The notes under the pieces are model-generated. The model made no database searches and was not told the origin of the DNA. It was given only the letters and a program-made list of their open reading frames with translations. Shown piece after piece: positions 38,201 to 49,011 of a stretch of DNA of 64,000 nucleotides. How positions within the stretch are numbered: position 1 is the stretch's first letter; the number at the start of each line of letters is the position of its first letter. Position numbers and translations under genes: made by a program. This DNA comes from Psammoneis japonica (Eukaryota), in contig QPGO01000079.1 of the NCBI GenBank assembly GCA_008632985.1, positions 186,001 to 250,000 on the forward strand, given 5' to 3'.

Positions 38201-38995
38201 AGTTGTGGCATTTGCCACAGCAGGAGAGCAATGCCAAGCACTTTTCAGCAGTGTTGTCCATGTTGTCCATGTCACCATGCCCCAAAAAATGGTTGCAGAG
38301 GTTCGCGCAGGTGGTCCTGCTGTCCTGAGCTCTTTGGGCCTTCTTGACACAAGCCCAACATGAGTGTTCCCATGTGATGCCTGAAACAACCTCCCAGACC
38401 TTGACATTGTTGGCAGCAAAGGTTTTGGCAAGCTGAGGATTGTCCCCAGCAGCAAAGTGTGGGGCACATGCTCCAATCTCCATGCACACATTGGTGCAGT
38501 TTGTAGAGTCATCTTGGGCTTCCAGAACCAAGCACACAAGTGGCATCTTGGTTTCACTGTGACAAGCCCACAGGTGCTCATGGATTGACTCTGTGGTCTT
38601 AAGCCAATCCTTCTCAATGATTGTTTGTGGGACTTCAGGGTGATTCTCATGGGCCCCTTCAGCAGCATGGAGGTGACGGGGCATCCCCAAATGCAGTTCA
38701 GTGTGACATCGGCGGCACAGAGAGGAGTGCAAGAAGAGATCCTTTTGCAGTGGTGTGCACCACAAAGGTGGCAAGCTTGAGATTCATCTCAGCATGGAGG
38801 GAGATGGCAGTCCCCAAGTTTGGCTGTGGGCTCTGCCCACCTTCTGTCACACCTCCTGGATGGCATGCAACCTTTTTGAACAAGATCTTGACCTCATGAT
38901 TGTCAAGGCGACTCTCAGTTTGTTGACAATGTTGATTCCCTGGCTGGCAGTCAAGACTGTAGATGCTTTGTTCTAGAAGCCAAGCCTGCAGCATG
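35230..38995 (-). mobile_element. Degenerate Ty1/copia LTR retrotransposon (diatom CoDi-type): gag, protease, integrase and region preceding RT
   Basis: gag NWNFECCVCAHVKQ...LEGLKECSCARIDDHFKV; protease TEIDSRA...HNLLCPMQL; LDTCVCKVKFSDGQEAEFAANVTAKN..AQCNNEGNQ and KTTKGWHL. No LTR pair found. Confidence 0.8.
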
Positions 38996-39695
38996 CGTTG
39001 CTGCTGTGGTTGATGGTGACAGATGTGACTGCACTTCTGTTCTCACAAATTGTGTGGAGTGTGGATGTGACAGAAAAGTGAGAGAAGTGCATGATTTTCA
39101 CATCACTTTTTTTTGTCATTGCATGTGCACCCGGCAGTTCATGTGATCAACTTGTCTGAGGTTGTCATTCCACACATTCTGTGCTTGTGCTGGTCCAAAA
39201 CACATGTGCAGTGGGGACTGGAATGACTGCCCTCACATTGACACTCTTGGTCAAATGCCACCAGTCCCATCATGAGACATCATTCTCCCAAGGTCCACCT
39301 GACCATCTGTGAGTTTTGGACACAATGTGTTCAATTGCATGGCATGCACACATTCCCACATGGACATGTGTGCGGCTGCTCAGATTTCAAATTGCTCGTG
39401 CATTTGCCACCGAGACAACTTCGGGGTGGAAATGGCATCCCAAACATCAGCTGAGCTCTGCACTCGTGCAGGTGTGCCATGAAACACATCAGAATCATCG
39501 CGTCGACAAGCAACAAAAACAGCATCACTCATCTGTGCAAAGAGAGCAGGAATGACAACATGTGCCAAAACAACCAACATGACTGTTGCTGTTGCTGCTG
39601 CCATTTCTGCTGTTGAGATTGCTTTCTGTTTACAATGGCTCCAAAGAGGATTGCAGCAGTGGATGCAAGTGGTGAAGAGAGCAAAGCAATGTCAA

Positions 39696-40194
39696 CCCTT
39701 CAACCACCGGACTTGAGCAAATCTCCATGGGTGGAAATTTGCTCGCTTGCATCACAAATGCAGAGCAAATGAAGTAATTTCAGATGCACACAATGTTTTG
39801 TTCACGCGATTTTGTTCTGGAACGCGCATTCGCTGAAAATCTGGAGGCACCCTTTTTGCAATTTAGAAAGTTCAATGTCGACTTTTAACACTGGGTTTTT
39901 TGCAAGCTTCATCTGTGAACAGAGAGGAACTAAATCTCAACCTTCAACAATGAAGGTTGTCATGAATTGCCATCACAAATGGAGCAACAATGCCACATCC
40001 TGGGAGCAAATCTCCGCCGGTGGAGATTTGCTCCCAACAAGTAAATGCACGTGGCACACTTTACCTGGATTGCACACAATGTGACATTTCTTGCTGTGTT
40101 CATCACATTGTCACAAAAGTGCATGACACGTCACACATCCTTGAGCAGAGCAAATCTCCATGGGTGGAGATTTGCTCCCCTGGTGGTTGAAGGG
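39696..40194. mobile_element. piggyBac-like MITE, 499 bp, with 13-bp TIRs and a mutated TTAA target site
   Basis: TIRs CCCTTCAACCACC (39696-39708) and GGTGGTTGAAGGG (40182-40194). Flanks TCAA (39692-95) and TTGA (40195-98). Three internal GAGCAAATCTCC..GGA(G/A)ATTTGCTC palindromes. Confidence 0.75.
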
Positions 40195-40238
40195 TTGAGC
40201 AACGATGAAGAGTCCGTACATGGATTCACGGGCATGGG

Positions 40239-40321
40239 GTGCGATGCTTGATCAACAGTGACGAGCGCAAAATGTTGGGCTTCAAGTTGCTTGAGGATGG
40301 CGACAAATGCACAATTGGTCC

Positions 40322-40354
<33 letters not shown>

Positions 40355-41804
40355 AATGGTGGACAAGAGGACAGCAGAGGAAATGATCGAATCTTTGGTT
40401 GTCAAGCATCAAATTCTGGAGAACAAGGGACGACCAAAACGAACTCTTTCGCACATGACAAAGAGTCATGCTTTCTCATTTGCCGTCACAAAAGAACGGG
40501 TCACTTTGGGGCACAACTTCTTTTTCCCATTGCTGTCGGAGAGCAGCGCGGCAATCACTGCAGCTTTCAAGATGGATGGACCTGCATCTGCCCTCAACAA
40601 GAACAAGTGTCACCACCCCTGCTTCCTCTCGGAAACCAAGAAACTCATTGATGTGGTGCAGTTGGCAAACATTGCCATTTGACAACAGCTTTTCTGGACA
40701 AAAGGTGGGCACTGGCTCAAGTTGGATGATGGCATTTCCTCCGGCACAGAACCAGATGTTTCGACGGTTGATTGTGCGCCAGACAAAGGCGAGCCATTGG
40801 TGGCGTCCGCTGATTGAGTGAGGCTTCCTTTGACCAAGCACAACATGGCAATGGCTTTTGAACAAAAGAAAAGCTTCTTGGAGACTGATCAAATCAAATT
40901 TGTTGAGCAGGCAAGAGGCTTTTGTGCACACAACGGGGATGGCGGACAGCTTTTGTGGCCTTGTTTCACTGCTGTGGGGGCGAAAAATACATTCAATGGG
41001 CAAAGACAACTGACATGGATGGACAATTTGTGATGCAGACAACCAAAGCAGCATCCTTGATGCCTGGCGAAGATGGGCAACACCAGCTTCTCACAATGTC
41101 ATCCAAGACGTCCAGGCAGCTGGGACGAGATTTTCCTTCCTGTGGTGGTGACGCAATGCAAGTTTCAGAGAAACCAGATGTTTTGTGTCAGGTTGGCAAG
41201 GGGGCAACATCTGCTGTTTGTTGTGCAAAGCTCAGGGAAACAGAAGGAGTTGCGAAAGTTATGAAAAGTAGATTCAAGCATCCAGCAGCACATGAGAAGG
41301 GCACTCTTGACCAGTCAGAGAGGAAAGGAGTCCCTGGTTTGTCGGAAAGCACCTTGGTGATGAACGGTGTCCTCTTTTTCAATTCCTTGCTGCAGCCGTT
41401 TGAAGGAACTTTCACAGTCGAACAAGTTGGTGATTCTGCAGACTTCATGGCTCAGTTTCAGATTGGGGTTTTGCCCTGATTCACAATTCTTTGAATTCAA
41501 GCCCTCCAAATTTAGAAGGCACTTTTTGCCATGCAAGCAAAGATGTCTTGAATGCTGCCATTCACGCGGAAACACACAGCCCCATCCAAAAGATGATCTG
41601 GAGTTGTTTCTCAAGACCGTGCCAGCCGTCAATTCTGGGGGGCACCGACTGTGGAAAAGATTGTCTGAAACAGAGCAAGGTGATTTTGTTGTGGCCCAAG
41701 ACATCTGGAGAGAAGAAAAGGAACAACACTTGAACTCTTTCCTCTCAATGTTTGAAGCAGCAGCATCTGCCAATTGCGAAGCACTCAAGCAGTTAATTCA
41801 TTGA
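40239..41804 (+). pseudogene. Degenerate protein-kinase gene (Crinkler/FunK1-like architecture)
   Basis: QVGKGATSAVCCAK...GVAKVMK (Gly loop and VAK) and PHPKDDLELF; broken by stops and frameshifts; polyQ near the start. Confidence 0.5.
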
Positions 41805-44800
41805 TCTTTGAGTGCGACACATCTGTGGTGCTTTTTGTGGTCATGGTCATGGGTCTTCTTCTCTTGGCCAGCAGCTCCTTGTTCTTCCTCCAATCTTGAA
41901 AAGCATGGGCCAGAATGTTGAGGCATTTACACTTTTCTCATCTTCTCCTCCACAAGCTTTTTGAACCTCAGTTTCTCCCTGTTGGTCCACTTGCGCCTTT
42001 TGCACTCAACAGGGGTTCCAAGGGGCTGTTCCTCATTGTCTGAAGGGTTGCATTCACACAAATCAGTCTCCTCCATGGTCCATTGTTTGTCCATTTGAGT
42101 GGAACTGAGATGGAGCGGTTCCAAGCACTCCTTGCATTTTCAAATCGAAGCACGTTAAAATGGAAGTTTTCCAGGGGCAATGAGCACCCGGAAAACTTTG
42201 ATTTTGGATTTTTCAACTTGGTTTTTCACCACCCCCAAACAGGAGGGTTCTTGTGTCAGTTGCTTCAGGTGCAGTGCAGTGCTTGGTTGATTGCATGCAA
42301 TGGCTCACATTGTCTGCACAGGCAGGCAGAGCGCTTGCATGCTTGCAACATGGGTGACCAGATCTTCTTGGTTTTCCGAGAACCTCCCTGCACCGCCGCA
42401 ACTCTGCCCACCATCAAGCCATTTTGTCATCTTTGCAAGCTGCCGCCAGTGTGGCCAACAACAGAGGAGCGCCCTTTGAAGTCACTTCTCCCTCATCTTG
42501 CGCAAGACAATCATGCCGCCAGAGAAGAAGAGCCACAAGAAGAAGCAGCGCCAGCCTGAAAAAGAGCAAACCCAAAGGCAAGTGGCTTGCCAGAAGCAAA
42601 AGAGAGAGTTGACACATGGCAGCTGCTGCCATGAGCTCTTTGGAGTTGTGCAAACAAGTCCTCAACAAGGCCCAGCAGTTGATGGGCAAGTGCCGCTGCA
42701 GGAAACAACAACTGGCTGTGCTGCAAAATGGGGGGATGTTTCTGGCAACTCGCAGTCTGTCTGGGTTTTGCTGTGCAAATGAGCCAACCGGCAATGTGCG
42801 GGCAAGTTGGTGAGCAGCATTTTTTTCAGCCTGTCCAGAGAAGTTTGAGTTCTGCCAACATGACAGCAGGTTAGCAGGAACATCAACTTTGCTCAAAGAA
42901 TCAGTCCACAGAGATGAAAAAAGGAGCTGCTTCTTCTGCAGCAACAAAAGGGTGCACCAATTCCAAGTGAGAAAAAGAAAGAATGAATTTCAGATGGAAA
43001 GATTTGTGAAAAACGTCATGTCGCCACAAGAGTCCTGACAAGCAACTGTGCAACAATCATTGAAAGACAAAATGTCCTCCCTTGGCCCTTGAAGTGCACC
43101 GGTGCTTCCCACCTGCCAGCACTTGCCACAAAAGAGAAAGGACAAACCTTGCTCTCACAGTTGGTGCAAGGCAATGACACTCTGCTTTTGTTAAGAACAT
43201 TCACAACAAGGGCACACAACCTTTGGATTTTCACTCAGGCACTGAAAAGCATGATGAAAAGGACAGGCAGCGGAGCACACAATCTGGCATCTTGGATGCA
43301 TGCATCAAGGAGGGGGTGGATGGCAAATGCAAAGTGTTTGTGACAGCAGGGTGCAGTGGCAACACAAGTTTCACTTCAATGATGACTCACATTGGAGTGG
43401 AATCATGTTTTGCACAACAGCTCCCTTTGAGCTGATCACAGCTCAAATCAAGCACAACCAACATGGTCAATCCACAGAGCTTTTTGAGGATGCTGCCAAC
43501 CATGGCTCTTTGACAGCATGCATGCCACCAAAGAGCAAAAGCCAAAAGAAGCAGCGCCAGCCTGAAAAAGAGCAAATCAAAAGGCAGTCAATGATGGCCC
43601 ATGCTTTGATGGACACATTGCCAAGCAAGGCCACCTGTGTCATTGGAAAGAATGGGGCTGTGTGTGACATCATCTAGAGCAGCACTTTGTGCATTTCAGA
43701 GGAGCCTTTGTTCCAGCTGGTGACTCCCTCTCTCATCTCCAGGGAGGGATCTGACAGCTGTGATGACCCTGACAGGACACTGCAGCCACCTCTGTTCACA
43801 GACAATGTGACAGAGTTGCTGCTGCAACCTGAGTGGAGACAGAGACAGAACTGGGTTGTGATCGATGCAATCACAAAAAGTTCTTGGTGACACAAGATTT
43901 AAAAATCAAATTGCTCTTCATTGCATGGAAACCAAAATGACGCCAATGCACTGCTCAAATCACAGCCAGCACATTCAATCCACAGAGCTTGTCATGGATG
44001 CCACTGACCATGGCATTTTTGTGCAGATCAAGGCACCCCAATCACACCATGGCAAGCCCACTGTTCCCACAACACACTTTGTCATGGACAGTCATTGAGA
44101 GCCCTTGCCTCATTGCACAGCTTTCCATGCACCAACAGTTGCACAAGGTTCATGCCAAAGCTCAAATTGCTTCTTTGAAGAACTGCACTGGCACACTTGT
44201 GGAGCATGTCAGCTGCCCCCCTGTCTTGACAACCAAGGGAGTGGAACATCACCAGCTCTCCAGTTGATTTGTTCACAGAAACCCTCCAAGAGCTCAGTTG
44301 CTTGCCTGAAGTTTTGCCACACAGCACAGCAAATTAGCTCCAGCAAATCTGCTTGCTGCGGGAGATGAGACAATTGTCCACAATTAAGTTGTCACAGTTC
44401 ATGATGCAGGTGCACCCACAGCATCTTCTTGCAGCATGATGCTGAGTTGCCCACGTGTTGCTTTCAGGGGGGAGACAAACAATGAATGAGAAATTTGGCA
44501 CAAACGCTCTCACAAGAGCTGCTGCAATCACTCCTTGATTTGCCAAATCTCACCACAACTCAACAGCTTGCAAAAGCCAGCCAGTTCTTCTCAAACCAGC
44601 GCTGCAATGTTTTCATGTGGATCTTGTGGGAATGGCCTGCACCTCTGCTTTCCAAGGAAGAGGGAGAGTGCAGTCACAACAGTCTGTCAGGTGAAAACAG
44701 CATCCATGAGCCGCGGTGTTTGTGTGGTGAGATTTGGGTTCTGAGCAGCAAAATGGTTTGACAGTGCACAGAGTTGTTGCTGCAAAGGGGGCTCTGCACA

Positions 44801-44984
44801 AGCTCATTTCCAGGGCACTGGAAGAATGAGTTGTGATGTTCTCCACATGCCACAAACACATCTCATGTGATGAAGATGAGACACACAAGCACATCACCCA
44901 ACTCATTTTTCAAAAACTGCACACAGCACCCCTCGGTGTCCTTCACATGGCCAAATGTTTGTGCAGAGGCCCCTGATCAGGGGT

Positions 44985-45683
44985 GGACAAGACATGTGTT
45001 TTGCTCATCATGCACTGGCTCTTCCATCTTTGGGAGGACAGCTGACAAGGACGACATTGATCAAGCCTCTGGCTCAGCCTGCTGGTGGCCACTTCTCTCC
45101 CATGTGTCAGTCCAGGACTTTTGTGACCAAACAAGTTGCACAGGAAATTGTCAGGGGCAAACCAAGATGAGGCACCAAGACAGCGTTTGTCCTTTGGAAT
45201 GCAGCAAAGCTGCCACCCAAACAAATGATTGGCAGACAGAGCATTTGATGCCATGTGGTTTCACCACCAATGGTGACAGTGTGCAGCTCAACATTGCCAC
45301 AGGATTGCAGCATGTCTTTTGTGGTGGCAAGTGCTTGGGAGCAGAGGCAAAGAGGCCCCTTTTTGGTGTGACAGATGTGACAACAATGTCTTGTGCACTT
45401 GCAGGGATGCCAATGTGCAAGTGGCACGGCCTTGCAAATTCAATGATTTAGAGTGCTGATGTCCAGCTGCAAAGACCTGTCTTGACTGCATTCAATCTGA
45501 GGCAGAAGCTTGTGACAATGAATTGCCAAACAAGACTTGCAGCTCTGGGAGTGCCAGCAGTTTGGAAAAAAAGGCTGTTTGAGAGTCATTGCTCTGTCAC
45601 CCACTCCTTTGAGCCCAAGTGCAGAGCCAACAAAATCCCCAACACCACTGCTCATGACCAGGCCCACTCAAACCAATGGACAG

Positions 45684-45725
<42 letters not shown>

Positions 45726-46620
45726 CCTCTGACTGTGTCTCCAATGTTGCCAGCACAGGCAATGGCATTTCCAAGCACAGCGGGGCCACAAGTGTTGGCA
45801 CAAGCAGTGTGTCACCCAGCGCACCAACTCCAATGAGCAGCAATCCCATCAATGCCTTTGTGGGTTGGATGCCAGTTCTGTGGGCAGGGCTGCTGCAGAG
45901 GCGGCTTGCTCTTGTTGCAATTGGGTGGCTGCTGCAGTGGTGTAGATCACTGCCATCCTTTGGGCTGCTCAATTTTACAGTGTTTGACACCTGGGCAAAG
46001 TGGGTTCACATCAACAACGCACGCTGAGAGAATGTCAGAAGACACTTGCGTGCTGATGTTTTGAACACAAAAGCACCATGCAAATGACACAGGAACAGCA
46101 AAGAGCTGGCAGCAGCAGACAACCTTCATGCTGATTTTTTAGATGTCAGTGCAGGAGGGACAACAAGAAGGAAATGAAGGAGGGGCTCAGCTGTTGGAGA
46201 ATGTGAGTTGCTTTGGCTGGCTGACCTCATTGCAGCACCCACAAGTTGGAGAATGTCTTTTGGCTTGTTTTGATGATGCCAAGGATTGGGGGGTGTTGGC
46301 AGGGATGGTGACTTCATTGCATTGGACAAGGTCTGGACAAAGATGTTGCAAAGGGAGCAGATGAGTTCAGCTTGCTGCACCCACCCAGCTGTCTCAAATT
46401 CATGGCCAAAATCTGGGGCAGCAACAAGGATGAGATCATGGAACAAAAAGAATCCACAAGCATGTCTCTCAGCATGGTTCAAGGGCAAGGCTTCCCCCCC
46501 ACTTGGATGTGGGGCTGCTGTGTTGGTCAGAGTGCAACAATCTTTTCTTTTGCATGGTGCACATGAAAACAAGCAAGCAGCTGAAGTGTCATTTTGGCAA
46601 GAAAAGCACGTGCACAGTGC
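44985..46620 (+). pseudogene. Hypermutated paralog of 30988-32885 (mucin-like gene plus 3' flank), with (AAC)n run at ~45685-45725
   Basis: Alignable by eye along its length; only one PTS repeat unit; frameshifts and stops. Confidence 0.9.
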
Positions 46621-47865
46621 AAAGACTCCCTGATCTTTGTCAAATCATTCTTGCCAAATCAAGTTTCCTTTCAAGTGGTGCACATTGAAGGAAATCAACA
46701 AGAAAGTGCAGTGCATTGTGAAAAAAAGTGAAACAAGATGGCCAGATCTGAGCCAATCAGATGTCAAAGGCCCCTGCTCAGGGGCAGGGTCTGAGCCCAC
46801 AGGCACTGCACAAAACAGTCCAGAATCATGCCAACCAAAGAAAAGTCAAGAATTGTTTGCATGTGCATGTTGACATTTTTCAGCTTTAGAAACTTGAGAT
46901 TCAGTCACAAAAATGACTCAAATCAGCAGCACACTCACACTTCAATGACAAGAGTGTGCAACATCTTTTGCTGCATCAACACCACACTGTTGCAGCAAAA
47001 TGGAGCAAACGTCACTCAGCTGAGAGCTGCTGTTGCCTTCCAGTGCATGTCAGGGAACATCACAAGCTGGCCAACAACTGCAATCTGGTGCTGTGTCAGC
47101 TGTGAGGGAATGTGAAGCTTGAGCCAAGGACACAAAGAACTTGTTTTGTTGTGTTTGCCTGTCACAGAGTTGCAATCACCACAGCTCACACAAAAGGAAC
47201 ACCGGGTCTTCTTGAAATCACTTGGCAACAATGGACACATGTGTGCACAAGGCAATGTCAGGTGTGGCCTCTGTGTGCCAGCTGTGCAGCATGCTTGCCA
47301 AAGCAATGAAGCAAAACAAAATGGTGATGCAAGAAGCATGTCCAAACACTGGAGCAACAAGAGAAAACATCTTGAAGACACAAGACTCAGCAACTTTGTG
47401 AGGTCACAGAAGGAGCTGCAGACAAGCAGCAGACCATGCAAGAAAGCATGACATGCCTTGCCCACTTGCAATGCCCAAAAGCTGCTGCCATTGCACCCTG
47501 GACTGGCACAGGTTTGGTGCCCACTTCAGAGACAGCTGTGTGCAAGGTCATCTTCCCAGGAAGAGTCATGATTTGTTCAATCAAATTTTAATCTCATTGG
47601 ACCCACAGAAGCTCATTGCAGTCCCCACTGTGAATGAAAAAGCCATTTCATGGCCACAGCTGCCAAAACACATCAAAGCTGAATCATTTTTGAATCGAGA
47701 CATGACAAGCCTCGTGTCGCGTGGCAGCACAAGACAATGCACAGGAATGCATGGCTGTTGTGAAACACCATGTAGTTGCCAATTCTTCAATCTGCAACTT
47801 GTGAGTCAGATTCTCCTCAAAGTCCAGAACCAAAAGTGTGAGTCCCATTCATTTAAAAGCGTTGG

Positions 47866-49011
47866 TCAGTTGGGATTGGCCTTGGCTCCCAGCAATGCAG
47901 CAACAGCCTTGAGCGCACGTCCGCTGAAGTCAAAAAGACTGCACCGTGGCACCTCACTCCACTCTTGTGCCAAAAACCACTTTTCGGGCTGCGTCCAATG
48001 GGGTCCCCAACAAAACAAAGCAGTGCAATTCATCCTCATCTGAAGCATCATTGTTAAATTGTGAAGGCAGTCACACTGGCCTTGTTCTGTCAGGGGGCAA
48101 GGGCACTTCTTACTGCATTCATCATCCTCATCTTCAGCGCAATCTCTTTCGTCACCTTTCCAACAGCAGGCTGTTTCCACTGCCCACACATCGAGTTGGG
48201 GGAAAAGTGTGGACAAATTGTTGATGTTGTCCTCGAGGTCTTGGATGGATCCATGCCACATTGGACAGCAGGAAAGGCCAATCACATCAACGACTCCACC
48301 TCGGTTGAGACATTCACGGAACCATTTCTTGCACTCCATTTTGTTGCCGCCTTCATTGAGATGAGTGACAATCTTGGGACGCTTCTTGGGAGGGTCCATG
48401 TCTTTGACAACATCATTGACCGCATCCACACCACTTTGCACCAATGGCATGAATTTGTCCCAATGATCAGGCAAACAAGCCATTTCCCACAGCATCCCAA
48501 CAAAGATCTCGTTCCCAATTTGGACGGCATCAGGCATTGTGTCTTGATCCTTGAGCGCTTGCATGAACTCCTTGGTGTGATTGTAGACATGATTCCACAG
48601 TGCCTCTAATGAAGGCTGTGTTCCGTTGCTGCCGCCCACCCGCCACGACAACGGGGTCCATTGATTTTCCCCGTCGGCCCACCAATGAGAACAATGAAAA
48701 TCTGAGAGGAACTTGAACCCGCATTCGTGCTTGATTTGCTTCGCAAAGTCCAACACATGCGCAAGATTCTGGTTGAGACCATGTCTTCCATCCGGCTTGA
48801 CCATGACTTGAAGTCGTGCACAATCGCAGTCCTCAAAGAACTTTGGCACACGCGAAATTCGTCCACAAAAATCCTTGTAGACCACACCGGAATGTTCAGC
48901 CACCATGGCCTCCAAGCCGTCAAATCCAACCCAAAAGTCTTGCTTCGGCACACCAGTGTGGACTGTTGTTGCAACAACAGGCACAAGTGACACCATCAGT
49001 GTGAGGATCAT
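47866..49011 (-). pseudogene. GH53 endo-beta-1,4-galactanase; frame open but Tyr->Cys/His mutated
   Basis: DFHCSHWWAD, PDAVQIGNEI..GMLW, DVIGLSCCP.WHG, VETACCW and LFCW correspond to GH53 DFHYS.WAD, VQ.GNE, D.IG.SYYP.WHG, ETAY and FYW. Confidence 0.8.

Noticed and set aside
39000..39690. 5' LTR and primer-binding site of the copia element
   Set aside because: No matching second LTR or recognisable PBS found in the window.
39715..40177. CRISPR array
   Set aside because: Only three palindromes at irregular spacing inside TIRs; eukaryotic context with no cas genes.
47866..49011. Alternative genetic code (TGY/CAY read as Tyr)
   Set aside because: Neighbouring housekeeping genes use standard Tyr and Cys codons, and non-coding TA sites are changed too.
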